From Beijerinckiaceae bacterium (GTDB lineage Bacteria > Pseudomonadota > Alphaproteobacteria > Rhizobiales > Beijerinckiaceae), in the NCBI GenBank assembly GCA_018882635.1, contig VERN01000001.1, positions 1-45,827 on the forward strand: a stretch of 45,827 nucleotides of DNA. The letters are read 5' to 3'. Below the pieces are notes generated by a model. The model did no database searches, was not told the origin of the DNA, and saw nothing but the letters and a program-made list of their open reading frames with translations. Position numbers and translations under genes: made by a program. Of the stretch, positions 20,733 through 30,250 are shown in pieces. Each line of letters opens with the position of its first letter. Position 1 is the stretch's first letter.

Positions 20733-21812
20733 GTGTTTTACCGCGAAGCCGGCCAATTCAAGACCACCTATCCATCCGACATGGCGATCTTCCCGATCGC
20801 TCAAGATCGCATTGGCATTGGAATCATCCTTGCCATGGCTTTCATCTTCATTCCGCTCTTTGCGAGCGACTTCATCATGTCGTCGGTGATGATCCCGTTT
20901 CTGGTGTTTTCACTCGCCGCCATCGGGTTGAACATCCTCACCGGTTATACGGGCCTGATCTCGCTCGGCACGGGCGCCTTCATGGGCGTGGGCGCTTACG
21001 CCTGCTACAAGCTGATGACGATTTTCCCGGGCGTGAACATCATCGTTTGGATCGTCACAGCAGGATTTTTCTCAGCCGCTGTCGGCATTCTGTTCGGCAT
21101 TCCCAGCCTGCGGATTAAAGGCTTCTACCTTGCGGTTGCAACCTTGGCAGCGCAGTTCTTCCTGCAATGGTGCTTTGTCCGTATTCCTTGGCTTTATAAC
21201 TACAATGCGTCGGGCGCCATTGAAGTTGGCACGCGTACTTTGTTTGGCATTCCGATTGTGGGGCCGAATGCGACGCCAGAAGCGCGCTATTATGTGTTGC
21301 TGTGTATTGTGGTCGTGTTGACATGGATTGCATCGAACCTTGTGCATGGTCGCATTGGCCGGTCGTGGATGGCTGTGCGTGATATGGACATTGCCGCCGA
21401 ATTGATGGGCATCAAGCTTCTCGACACAAAATTGCTCGCCTTCGCTGTATCGTCCTTCTATGCGGGCGTAGCTGGCGCATGCATGATGTTCCTCTGGTAT
21501 GGCGGCGGTGAAGCGTCGGATGCATTCAACATCAATCAGAGCTTCTTGATTTTGTTCATGGTGATTATCGGCGGGTTGGGCAGCCTGATTGGTTCATTTT
21601 TCGGTGCAGCCTTCATCTCGATACTCCCCACGATCTTGAAGTTCGGCCTGCCCGCCATCGGCGTGCCATTGTCAGGTGCGACAGCTGAACATCTCATTCA
21701 CATCACAGTGGGTGGCTTGATTATTTTCTTCCTCATCGTTGAACCGCACGGCCTCGCGCGGTTGTGGCAGATCGGGAAGCAGAAATTGCGGATGTGGCCC
21801 TTCCCCTATTGA
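20733..21812 (+). CDS. LivM-type ABC transporter permease
   Basis: GLNILTGYTGLISLG, RIKGFYLAVATLA, GRSWMAVRD, IIGGLGS, EPHGL; GTG start at 20733 after AAGGGGG. Confidence 0.92.
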   Translation: MFYREAGQFKTTYPSDMAIFPIAQDRIGIGIILAMAFIFIPLFASDFIMSSVMIPFLVFSLAAIGLNILTGYTGLISLGTGAFMGVGAYACYKLMTIFPGVNIIVWIVTAGFFSAAVGILFGIPSLRIKGFYLAVATLAAQFFLQWCFVRIPWLYNYNASGAIEVGTRTLFGIPIVGPNATPEARYYVLLCIVVVLTWIASNLVHGRIGRSWMAVRDMDIAAELMGIKLLDTKLLAFAVSSFYAGVAGACMMFLWYGGGEASDAFNINQSFLILFMVIIGGLGSLIGSFFGAAFISILPTILKFGLPAIGVPLSGATAEHLIHITVGGLIIFFLIVEPHGLARLWQIGKQKLRMWPFPY

Positions 21813-21905
21813 GGGGGGCGGAAGGATCACACCGCGACACTTCGCCTATCATGCGGAGTTCAAACCAAACGGCGCACAAAGCGCCGCAACCTCGGGAGGT
21901 TACTC

Positions 21906-23237
21906 ATGAAGTTTCGTCATTTCGCTCTGAGCACGGCCGCTGCCGTTCTCGCTGGAGCGACGGCGCTGACCGCCATACCGGCGCAGGCGCAAGACCAAAT
22001 CTATGTGCCGCTGCTGACCTACCGCACCGGCCCGTTCGCCAATTCCGGCGTGCCGATTGCTGACGGCATGCATGATTATCTGCGCATGCTGAACGAGCGC
22101 GATGGCGGCATTGGTGGTGCCAAGATCGTGATCGAAGAATGCGAAACCGGTTACGACACCAAGAAGGGCATCGAGTGCTATGAATCGACCAAGGGCAAAA
22201 ACCCGGTCGTTTATAATCCCTACTCGACCGGCATCACGCTGCAAATGATCCCGAAGGCTTCGGCTGACAAGATCCCGGTTCTGTCGATGGCTTATGGCCT
22301 GTCAGCTTCGGCGAAGGGCAACACGTTCCCGTGGATTTTCAATCCGCCGGTCACCTATTGGGATGGCGCGTCAGCCTTCATCCGTCACGTTGCTGAACAA
22401 TCGGGTGGCTTTGACAAGCTGAAGGGCAAGAAGATCGGCCTCATTCATCTTGATGCGCCATTCGGCAAGGAGCCGATTGCACTGCTCGAAGCGCTGTCGA
22501 AGAAATATGGCTTCGAGTTGAAGCTTTACCCAGTGGCTGCGTCTGACATGCAGAACCAAGGTTCTGTGTGGCTGAACATTCGCCGCGACCGTCCGGACTG
22601 GATTTACAATCAGGGTTGGGGCGCGATGAACCCGACCGCCGTGAAGGAAGCTGCGAAGAACAACTTCCCGATGGATCGCCTGGTTGGCGTCTGGTGGGCT
22701 GGCGGCGATGACGATGCACGCGGCGGCGGTGACGGCGCCAAGGGCTATAAATCGCTGAACTTCCATGCGGCTGGCACGGATTTCCCGGTCATCCAGGACA
22801 TTCAGAAGCATGTCGTCGACAAGGGTCTGTCAAAGACACCGAAGGATAAGGTTGGCGAAAATCTCTACAATCGCGGCGTCTATAATTCGATGCTGATTGC
22901 CGAAGCCATCCGCAATGCGCAGAAGATTTCGGGCAAGAAAGCCATCACCGCAGAAGACATGCGCAAGGGCCTTGAATCGCTCAACATCACTGATGCGCGC
23001 TTGAAGGAAATTGGCATGGCTGGCTTTGCTGCGCCGATGAAGCTCACCTGCGAAGACCATAACGGCCATAACAAGGTCTATGTCGCCCAGTGGGATGGCA
23101 CGAAATGGGTGAAGGGTTCGGAGTGGATGGATCCGCTGAAGGACGAGGTCATGCCTCTGCTTGAAAGTGCGGCCAATGACTACGCCAAGGCCAATAATTG
23201 GCCGGCACGGACCGAAGCCTGCCAAAAGGGCTCGTAA
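21906..23237 (+). CDS. ABC transporter periplasmic substrate-binding protein (LivJ/K-like fold)
   Basis: Signal peptide ending AQA, YRTGPFA, NERDGGIGG, ECETGY; GGGAGG Shine-Dalgarno; cluster context. Confidence 0.92.
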   Translation: MKFRHFALSTAAAVLAGATALTAIPAQAQDQIYVPLLTYRTGPFANSGVPIADGMHDYLRMLNERDGGIGGAKIVIEECETGYDTKKGIECYESTKGKNPVVYNPYSTGITLQMIPKASADKIPVLSMAYGLSASAKGNTFPWIFNPPVTYWDGASAFIRHVAEQSGGFDKLKGKKIGLIHLDAPFGKEPIALLEALSKKYGFELKLYPVAASDMQNQGSVWLNIRRDRPDWIYNQGWGAMNPTAVKEAAKNNFPMDRLVGVWWAGGDDDARGGGDGAKGYKSLNFHAAGTDFPVIQDIQKHVVDKGLSKTPKDKVGENLYNRGVYNSMLIAEAIRNAQKISGKKAITAEDMRKGLESLNITDARLKEIGMAGFAAPMKLTCEDHNGHNKVYVAQWDGTKWVKGSEWMDPLKDEVMPLLESAANDYAKANNWPARTEACQKGS

Positions 23238-23245
23238 GATAGACG

Positions 23246-23276
23246 AGGGCGGCGTTAATGCGCCGCCCTTTCTTTT
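23246..23276 (+). terminator. Intra-operon hairpin/terminator after the binding-protein gene
   Basis: AGGGCGGCG-TTAATG-CGCCGCCCT followed by TTCTTTT. Confidence 0.7.
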
Positions 23277-23300
23277 CCTCTTTTTCAGACGGACGATGCC

Positions 23301-24140
23301 ATGAGCACAAGCGCCGCCCCTCTCGCCGATCAGGCCACTGACACCATTCTCTCAGTCAATAATATTGAGGTGATCTATGATCACGTCATTCTGGTCCTGA
23401 AGGGCGTTTCGCTCACCGTGCCGAAAGGCGGCATTGTCGCCATCCTCGGCGCCAATGGCGCTGGCAAGACAACAACATTGAAGGCCATTTCTAATCTCTT
23501 GCGTGCGGAGCGTGGTGAAGTCACCAAAGGCTCAATCGAATTTGAAAGTGAGCGCGTTGATCGCCTCAGTCCGAATGACCTTGTGCGCAAAGGGTGCATC
23601 CAAGTGATGGAAGGTCGCCATTGCTTCGGCCATCTCACCATCGACGAGAATCTTTTGACCGGTGCCTTCACACGACGGGATGGCAATGCCGCGATCAAGC
23701 GTGATTTGGAAATGATCTATGATTATTTCCCGCGTCTGAGACAGCGCAAAGGCTCGATGGCCGGCTATACATCAGGCGGTGAACAGCAGATGTGCGCGAT
23801 TGGTCGCGCGATGATGTCGCGGCCGAAGATGGTTCTGCTTGATGAACCCTCGATGGGCCTTGCTCCACAAGTGGTGGAAGAAATCTTTGAGATTGTGAAA
23901 ACGCTCAACACCAAGGAAGGCGTCTCCTTCCTTCTCGCCGAGCAAAATACGAATGTGGCGCTGCGTTACGCCACTTATGGCTATATTCTCGAGACTGGCC
24001 GCGTGGTGATGGATGGCGAAGCGAAGTCCTTGCGCGAAAATGAGGATGTGAAAGAATTCTATCTTGGTGTCTCGGGCGGCGATCGCAAATCGTTTCGCGA
24101 GGTGAAGAGTTACAAGCGGCGGAAACGCTGGCTTGCGTGA
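23301..24140 (+). CDS. LivF-type ABC transporter ATP-binding protein
   Basis: GANGAGKTT, EGRHCF, TSGGEQQM, LLDEPSMGLAP, AEQN. Confidence 0.93.
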   Translation: MSTSAAPLADQATDTILSVNNIEVIYDHVILVLKGVSLTVPKGGIVAILGANGAGKTTTLKAISNLLRAERGEVTKGSIEFESERVDRLSPNDLVRKGCIQVMEGRHCFGHLTIDENLLTGAFTRRDGNAAIKRDLEMIYDYFPRLRQRKGSMAGYTSGGEQQMCAIGRAMMSRPKMVLLDEPSMGLAPQVVEEIFEIVKTLNTKEGVSFLLAEQNTNVALRYATYGYILETGRVVMDGEAKSLRENEDVKEFYLGVSGGDRKSFREVKSYKRRKRWLA

Positions 24141-25378
24141 GAACAACAATGACAGAGCATTTCGACGCGCTTGAAAAACAGGATGCCGCCGCCCGCGAAG
24201 CCGATCTGATGCAACGCCTGCCTCGGCTCGTCGCCAAAGCCATGAAGCTCAAGGGCTGGCAAACCCATTTCGGCGCGATCAAAGCGGACACGATCACCTC
24301 GCGCGCAGCGCTCGCCACGCTCCCTGTTTTGCGGAAATCTGATCTTCCTGCGCGCCAAAAAGCTGATCCGCCTTTTGGTGGCTTTGTCGGCGACACCAGC
24401 GATGATGGTCGTTTGTTTGCCTCACCGGGTCCCATCTTTGAAGCGGAAAGCCGCGAGCCGGATGTGTGGCGCTGCGCACGCGCTTTGTTCGCAGCCGGTT
24501 TTCGCAAGGGCGATATTGTACTGAACACGTTCAGCTATCACCTGACGCCGGGTGGTTTCGTTATGGATTCAGGGGCGCGAGCGTTGGGCTGTCCTGTTAT
24601 TCCAGCCGGACCCGGCAACACTGAACAGCAGCTCGATGTCATCCAGCAATTGCGTCCCGTCGCTTATGTCGGCACGCCTGATTTTCTCAAGATCATACTC
24701 GACAAGGCGCAGGAAACCGGCAAGGACGTGTCCTCGCTGAAAAAGGCGCTTGTCTCGGGTGGCGCGTTTACACCGGCTTTGCGCGACCTTTTCGCGTCGA
24801 AAGGCATCACCGCCTATCAATGCTATGCCACCGCCGATGTTGGCGTGATCGCCTATGAGACGCCTTCGCGCGAAGGCATGGTGGTCAATGAGGACGTCAT
24901 TCTTGAAATCGTCCGGCCCGGCACGGGGGATCCTGTTGCGGAAGGCGAAGTCGGTGAAATCGTCGTTACCTCCTTCAATATGCACCACCCGATGATCCGG
25001 CTGGCGCTTGGCGATCTCTCAGCATTCCTGCCCGGTTCATCGCCATGCGGACGAACAGGCTTGCGCATCAAGGGCTGGATGGGGCGCGCTGATCAGACGG
25101 CAAAGATCAAAGGCATGTTTGTGCGCCCAGAACAGATCGCCGAGATCGCCCGGGCCCATACGGCGCTTGGGAAGCTCCGACTCGTCATCACCCGCGAGAA
25201 TGAGCAAGACGTGATGACGCTCCGGGCTGAGACCAGCCATGGCGATGACGCGCTGGCCAAAGCGCTCGGCGACACTGTGAAAGCCGTTACCAAGCTCACC
25301 GGACGGATCGAATGGGCCGCACCGGGAAGCCTGCCTAATGATGGCAAGGTGATTGCCGACGAGCGGCCAATCAACTGA
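24137..25378 (+). CDS. Phenylacetate-CoA ligase (PaaK)-like protein
   Basis: LPVLRKSDL, NTFSYHLTPGG, GTPDFL, GEVGEIVVT, GRADQTAKIKGMFVRP; GTGA coupling (alternative ATG at 24149). Confidence 0.85.
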   Translation: MRTTMTEHFDALEKQDAAAREADLMQRLPRLVAKAMKLKGWQTHFGAIKADTITSRAALATLPVLRKSDLPARQKADPPFGGFVGDTSDDGRLFASPGPIFEAESREPDVWRCARALFAAGFRKGDIVLNTFSYHLTPGGFVMDSGARALGCPVIPAGPGNTEQQLDVIQQLRPVAYVGTPDFLKIILDKAQETGKDVSSLKKALVSGGAFTPALRDLFASKGITAYQCYATADVGVIAYETPSREGMVVNEDVILEIVRPGTGDPVAEGEVGEIVVTSFNMHHPMIRLALGDLSAFLPGSSPCGRTGLRIKGWMGRADQTAKIKGMFVRPEQIAEIARAHTALGKLRLVITRENEQDVMTLRAETSHGDDALAKALGDTVKAVTKLTGRIEWAAPGSLPNDGKVIADERPIN

Positions 25379-25531
25379 CCGAACACGCTGAACCCTCGAT
25401 TCGAGACCCTACCCCCAGCGATTCCGTCCCGATCCCTCACTGAAAGCAGGCCTTAAGCCAGGCTGGTGGGAAAACGGGCTTTACCCGCGGGGGATTTCCC
25501 CTAAATGGAAGCTCAAAGCGAGAGAGTTTCC

Positions 25532-26587
25532 ATGAACGCACATCTGAGCCCTGACCGTCTGAAAGCCGTCGGCCCGCTGCCTGCGGGGCACCCGACCGTC
25601 AAGATCGGTAAGATCGGCGTTCTCTTGACCAATTTGGGGACTCCGGACGGCACCGATTATTGGCCGATGCGCCGCTATCTGAAGGAGTTCCTCTCCGACC
25701 GCCGCGTCATCGAGACGCCGCGTGCGCTGTGGTGGCCACTCCTAAACCTGATCATTCTTCAGACACGCCCTCAGAAAAAGGGCAAGGATTACGCGTCGAT
25801 CTGGAACAAGGAGCGCGATGAATCCTTCCTGAAGACGATCACGCGATCGCAGGCTGAAAAACTCGCCGCGATGAATCTCAATGATAAAATCGTCGTCGAT
25901 TGGGCGATGCGCTATGGCAATCCGTCAATCAAATCCCGCTTGCAAGCGTTGCAGGATCAGGGCTGCGACCGGATTTTGCTCGTGCCGCTCTATCCGCAAT
26001 ATGCTGCCGCAACGACGGCCACAGCGTGCGATAAAACCTTCGAAGCCTTGATGCAGATGCGCTGGCAGCCAACGCTGCGTGTGGCCCCGCCCTATCATGA
26101 TGACCCCATCTATATTGAATCGATGGTAACATCATTGAAGAAAGGTCTCGCTGAACTTGATTTCGAGCCTGAAGTTATTCTCGCGACATTTCATGGCGTG
26201 CCGAAAGAATATTTGATGAAGGGTGATCCCTATCATTGCCAATGCGTGAAGACATGGCGTCTGATGCGTGAGGCGATGGGATTATCGCCTGACAAATTCA
26301 TGATGAGTTTCCAATCGCGCTTCGGACCGGCGGAATGGCTGAAGCCCTACACTGACGAGACAGTCGAAGCGCTTGCCAAAAAAGGCGTGAAAAAGCTCGC
26401 TCTGATTGCGCCGGGCTTTTCGTCTGATTGTCTCGAAACGCTGGAAGAACTCGATGGTGAAAACCGCGAGATTTTTGAACATAATGGCGGCGAGCAGTTT
26501 GCTTACATCAAATGTCTCAACGATTCCGATGAGGGCATGGCCGTCATTCGCGGCGTCGTCGAACGGGAATTGATGGGCTGGATCTGA
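25532..26587 (+). CDS. hemH: Ferrochelatase
   Basis: LTNLGTP, YLKEFLSDRRV, AMRYGNP, PLYPQY, FHGVP, FQSRFG, WLKPYT, DCLETLEE. Confidence 0.96.
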   Translation: MNAHLSPDRLKAVGPLPAGHPTVKIGKIGVLLTNLGTPDGTDYWPMRRYLKEFLSDRRVIETPRALWWPLLNLIILQTRPQKKGKDYASIWNKERDESFLKTITRSQAEKLAAMNLNDKIVVDWAMRYGNPSIKSRLQALQDQGCDRILLVPLYPQYAAATTATACDKTFEALMQMRWQPTLRVAPPYHDDPIYIESMVTSLKKGLAELDFEPEVILATFHGVPKEYLMKGDPYHCQCVKTWRLMREAMGLSPDKFMMSFQSRFGPAEWLKPYTDETVEALAKKGVKKLALIAPGFSSDCLETLEELDGENREIFEHNGGEQFAYIKCLNDSDEGMAVIRGVVERELMGWI

Positions 26588-26608
26588 GGTTTTTTCAGAT
26601 CACATCTT

Positions 26609-26632
26609 AAAAGGGCCGCGAGGCCCTTTTTT
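26609..26632. terminator. Bidirectional intrinsic terminator between hemH and kdsD
   Basis: AAAAGGGCC-GCGA-GGCCCTTTTTT. Confidence 0.85.
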
Positions 26633-26640
26633 ATTGCATG

Positions 26641-27624
26641 TTATGCAGCGCCTATTCTCAACAGATCAAGCACATGGACGAGGCCCGCAGGCTTGCCTGC
26701 TTCGGCAACAATGATCGCGCCAATATTACGCGTCTCGACCATTTCGAGCGCTTCAGCGACCAAAGCCGACGGTTTCATCGTGACGGGATTTTTGGTCATC
26801 ACCGCCTCAACTAATTTTGCGGTGAGATCAGGACCCATATGGCGGCGCAAATCACCGTCCGTGATAATGCCTGCAAGAGTCCCATCCTGCTCGACCACAA
26901 GGGCGCAGCCAAAACCTTTCGCACTCATCATCACGATCGCATCGGCCATGGCACTGCCGCGCGCGACCAGAGGAAGACGGTCGCCACCATGCATGATCTG
27001 ACGCAATTGTTTTAATTGTGCGCCAAGCTTGCCGCCGGGATGATAGACGCGGAAATCTTCTGGCTTGAAACTGCGCGCTTCCAAAAGCGCGACCGCGAGC
27101 GCATCACCGAGCGCCAATTGCATCGTCGTTGATGTGGTGGGGGCGAGACCATTGGGGCAGGCCTCTTTCGCCTGCGGCAACAGCAAGACAATATCGGCCT
27201 GCTGCGCGAGCGCTGAATCGACACCCGCTGTCATGCCGATCAATGTCACGCGGAAACGCGCGGCATAGGCGACAATATCCCGGAGCTCGGCCGTCTCTCC
27301 CGACCATGACAAAGCGAGGATCACATCCTCGGGCTGAATCATGCCGAGATCGCCATGGCTCGCTTCGCCCGGATGGACGAAATAAGCGGGCGTACCGGTA
27401 GAGGCTAGGGTGGCCGCCAGCTTGCGCGCGATATGGCCCGATTTACCCATGCCCGTGATGATGACGCGCCCTTGAGCGGCGGCCATCCGTTCAACGGCAG
27501 CCGCAAAGGCCTCGCCGAGACCGTTCTGGAGCGCGCCTGCAAGGACACCGAGGCCCGCCTGCTCGGCTTCAAGCGTCTGGAGGGCTGACCGGAGGATCTG
27601 ATCGCGTTGCGGCTTATCATTCAT
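26641..27624 (-). CDS. kdsD: Arabinose-5-phosphate isomerase (KpsF/GutQ/KdsD family)
   Basis: SIS domain GMGKSGHIARK, HPGEASHGDLG, LAPTTSTT, HPGGKLG, then two CBS domains. Confidence 0.9.
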   Translation of the reverse strand: MNDKPQRDQILRSALQTLEAEQAGLGVLAGALQNGLGEAFAAAVERMAAAQGRVIITGMGKSGHIARKLAATLASTGTPAYFVHPGEASHGDLGMIQPEDVILALSWSGETAELRDIVAYAARFRVTLIGMTAGVDSALAQQADIVLLLPQAKEACPNGLAPTTSTTMQLALGDALAVALLEARSFKPEDFRVYHPGGKLGAQLKQLRQIMHGGDRLPLVARGSAMADAIVMMSAKGFGCALVVEQDGTLAGIITDGDLRRHMGPDLTAKLVEAVMTKNPVTMKPSALVAEALEMVETRNIGAIIVAEAGKPAGLVHVLDLLRIGAA

Positions 27625-27630
27625 GGCACG

Positions 27631-27659
27631 GGCTTAGGCAGCCCTCCCGAGCCTGTCAA
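27631..27659 (-). promoter_or_regulatory. Sigma70-type promoter placed for a leaderless kdsD transcript
   Basis: Minus strand reads TTGACA, 17 nt, TAAGCC, 6 nt, ATG. Confidence 0.55.
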
Positions 27660-27668
27660 TTCGGTCGT

Positions 27669-27684
27669 TTCACCGGTCCTTAAC
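27669..27684 (+). promoter_or_regulatory. CtrA-box-like site upstream of the beta-barrel gene
   Basis: TTCA-CCGGTCC-TTAAC, one mismatch to TTAA-N7-TTAAC. Confidence 0.5.
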
Positions 27685-27755
27685 CCTAAGGGGCTAACCC
27701 TTATCCGTCGGCGTGTCGCGTCTCAGCCGGGTGTTGAAACGCGCGAAGGACCGTC

Positions 27756-29219
27756 GTGTCGCCACGCTTGCCCCTGTTCCTGATGATCGCTGTGGCGTCT
27801 GCATGGGCGCCCGCCGTCGCATGCGCGCAGATCTGGCCAGTGGCCCCACCTGCCCCCGTGCGCGCCGCGGAGACGGCCAGCGAGGCGCCAATCGCGTCTG
27901 ACAGCGTGCCGCCACCGACCATGCGGCGCAGCCTCCCACCCGCCGACAGCGTCACAAGCCGAAGCGTGCCTTCCAAAGCTGCGCCTGCGGCCCCCGAACC
28001 TGTGTCGTCGTCCTCCGGCGCGCCCACAGCCTATGGGGCGATGGCGCTCGCCGGCGCACGGCCGGGCGAAACCCTGCGCCTGCCTCCGGGTGAGCTCATC
28101 ACCGGTTCCACGGGCCTCAATGGCACCGTGCAAGACGATACGCTGAGGGTTGGTGCGTTCAAGCTCCGCGCATCGGTTGCCGTGGATGCCGGTTACGACA
28201 GCAACCCCAACCGTGTGCCTGGTGCTCTTGCGAAGGGCTCAAGCGTCATCGCGCCTGCGTTTCAGATCAATGCCGATTCAGGCTGGGCACGCAATGCAAT
28301 GAATGTGGCGTTGCGCGGCCGTTTCTTTAGCTATCAGCAAGTGGACAATGCCAATCGCTTTGATGGAACGGCGGACGCAACCTATCGCTATGATATCAAT
28401 GACAGCACATGGTTGTTTCTCAACGCACGCGCTTCATCATTGCAGCAGACAGCCGATACAACAGTGCTGGCGGCCCCCAATGCCACCATCAATGAAGTAT
28501 GGGGCAGTGCCCGCATTTTGAAAAAATTCGGACAATGGTTTGCCTCCCTCGGTGTGTGGGAAGGCTATACCGATGTGGCACAGACGCCGGGGCGCTCCTA
28601 TACGACCAGCATGGGCGCGTTACGCGGCGGTTATGAAGTCAATGATCGACTGACACCTTTTGTCGAAATCCAAGCCGACCGGCGTAATTTTGAAAGCGCT
28701 TATCTCGATAATATCAAACGCGATTCAACAGGCATTCAACCTAATGTCGGCTTATCCTACAAAGTATCAGAGACAGTTAATACCGAAGCGACAGCAGGTT
28801 ATCTCTGGCGCAATTATGACAACGCGCTTGTGAAGACGACGCAATGGCCTGTCGTCGGCCTTGCGGCCAATTGGCAATATTGGCCGAATGGGACGTTAAC
28901 GTTCCGGTTGCGCACCGGCATCAGCGAAACGACGATTGGCGGCGCCTTCGGGGCGAAAGAAAACCTTGCCGGATTATCATGGCGTCAACTTGTCGGTGAT
29001 CGGCTCGCCTTGTTAGCGAGCCTCGACTTCAGCCGCTCTGACTATATCGGCGTTCCGGGAAACCAAAAACGTGCTTTTGGTGAAATCGGCGTTGAATATG
29101 GCCTGACGCGTTATGTGACGGCCCGCCTGAGCGCACAACGCGATGTGCAGGTTTCCACCTATCGCTTCACCAATTATCAGGCCAACACATTCCTTGCTGG
29201 CCTGAAGGTGACACGCTGA
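27756..29219 (+). CDS. Outer-membrane beta-barrel protein with Pro/Ala-rich N-terminal linker (BBP2-like)
   Basis: Signal peptide, Pro/Ala/Ser-rich linker, GYDSN motif, alternating aromatic beta-strands ending NTFLAGLKVTR; lies between kdsD and galU. Confidence 0.78.
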   Translation: MSPRLPLFLMIAVASAWAPAVACAQIWPVAPPAPVRAAETASEAPIASDSVPPPTMRRSLPPADSVTSRSVPSKAAPAAPEPVSSSSGAPTAYGAMALAGARPGETLRLPPGELITGSTGLNGTVQDDTLRVGAFKLRASVAVDAGYDSNPNRVPGALAKGSSVIAPAFQINADSGWARNAMNVALRGRFFSYQQVDNANRFDGTADATYRYDINDSTWLFLNARASSLQQTADTTVLAAPNATINEVWGSARILKKFGQWFASLGVWEGYTDVAQTPGRSYTTSMGALRGGYEVNDRLTPFVEIQADRRNFESAYLDNIKRDSTGIQPNVGLSYKVSETVNTEATAGYLWRNYDNALVKTTQWPVVGLAANWQYWPNGTLTFRLRTGISETTIGGAFGAKENLAGLSWRQLVGDRLALLASLDFSRSDYIGVPGNQKRAFGEIGVEYGLTRYVTARLSAQRDVQVSTYRFTNYQANTFLAGLKVTR

Positions 29220-30098
29220 TCAGCGCAAGGTCGCAATCGCCTTGCGCAATTCAGGACCAAGATCCGGACGCTCGAGACCGAGCATAAGATTGGCCATTAA
29301 GAAGCCAATCTTCATACCGCAATCATAAATTGCGCCATCAAAGATATGCGCAAAAAAATCTTGCTTTTGCGCCAATGTGATCATCGCATCGGTAAGTTGA
29401 ATTTCACCGCCTGCACCACGCTCTTGCGTTTCGAGAATATTGAAAATCTCTGGCTGCAAAATGTAACGCCCTGAGATGGCGAGATTGGACGGGGATGTCC
29501 CTTGCTTCGGCTTCTCGACCATTTGGGTGATGGCAAGAGCACCATTTTTTTTCTCTACGCCGCAAATGCCATATTGATGCGTATCACTATCAGGCACTTC
29601 ATAGACGGCGACGAGATTGCCGCCCGTGCGCTCATAAGAATCGATCATGCCCGCGAGGCATGGCGTTTTGCCATGATGCAGCATGTCTGGCAGCAACAAG
29701 GCGAAGGGTTCATCGCCGATGATATCACGCGCGCACCACACGGCATGACCGAGGCCGAGTGGCGCTTGCTGACGGGTGAAACTTGTGCGGCCTGCTTCCG
29801 GCAAATCACGCGCAAGCGCTTCAAGCTCTTTCACCTTGCCACGCTCGGCCAAGGTGCGATCAAGTTCGAAATGCATATCGAAATGATCTTCGATGACGGC
29901 CTTGCCACGGCCTGTGACGAAAACGAAATGCTCAATGCCAGCCGCGCGGGCCTCATCCACGACGTGCTGAATCACCGGCTTGTCGACAATGGTCAACATT
30001 TCCTTCGGCACCGCCTTGGTGGCGGGTAGGAAGCGGGTCCCCAATCCAGCCACGGGGAATACGGCCTTACGGATCTTGCGTGTCATCGACGTCGTCAT
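29220..30098 (-). CDS. galU: UTP-glucose-1-phosphate uridylyltransferase
   Basis: [44 protein letters not shown]; start at 30098 or 30086. Confidence 0.96.
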   Translation of the reverse strand: MTTSMTRKIRKAVFPVAGLGTRFLPATKAVPKEMLTIVDKPVIQHVVDEARAAGIEHFVFVTGRGKAVIEDHFDMHFELDRTLAERGKVKELEALARDLPEAGRTSFTRQQAPLGLGHAVWCARDIIGDEPFALLLPDMLHHGKTPCLAGMIDSYERTGGNLVAVYEVPDSDTHQYGICGVEKKNGALAITQMVEKPKQGTSPSNLAISGRYILQPEIFNILETQERGAGGEIQLTDAMITLAQKQDFFAHIFDGAIYDCGMKIGFLMANLMLGLERPDLGPELRKAIATLR

Positions 30099-30250
30099 CC
30101 CTTGTCCCGACCACGGGGGCCGGTGTGTTGCATCTTTCTGGGCCACACCCTGCGGCAAGGCAAGCGCGGTCTCAGCCAGACCTCATCAACGCAAATTCAA
30201 CCTTTACGGGAGATGAACAAGGTCCCTGTTTGTGATCCTTAGGTTCGGCC

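Noticed and set aside
30186-30218. CtrA-like spacing TCAA-N7-TCAAC and TTTA-N7-TGAAC between galU and the transglycosylase
   Set aside because: Two mismatches each and no independent support; too weak to call.
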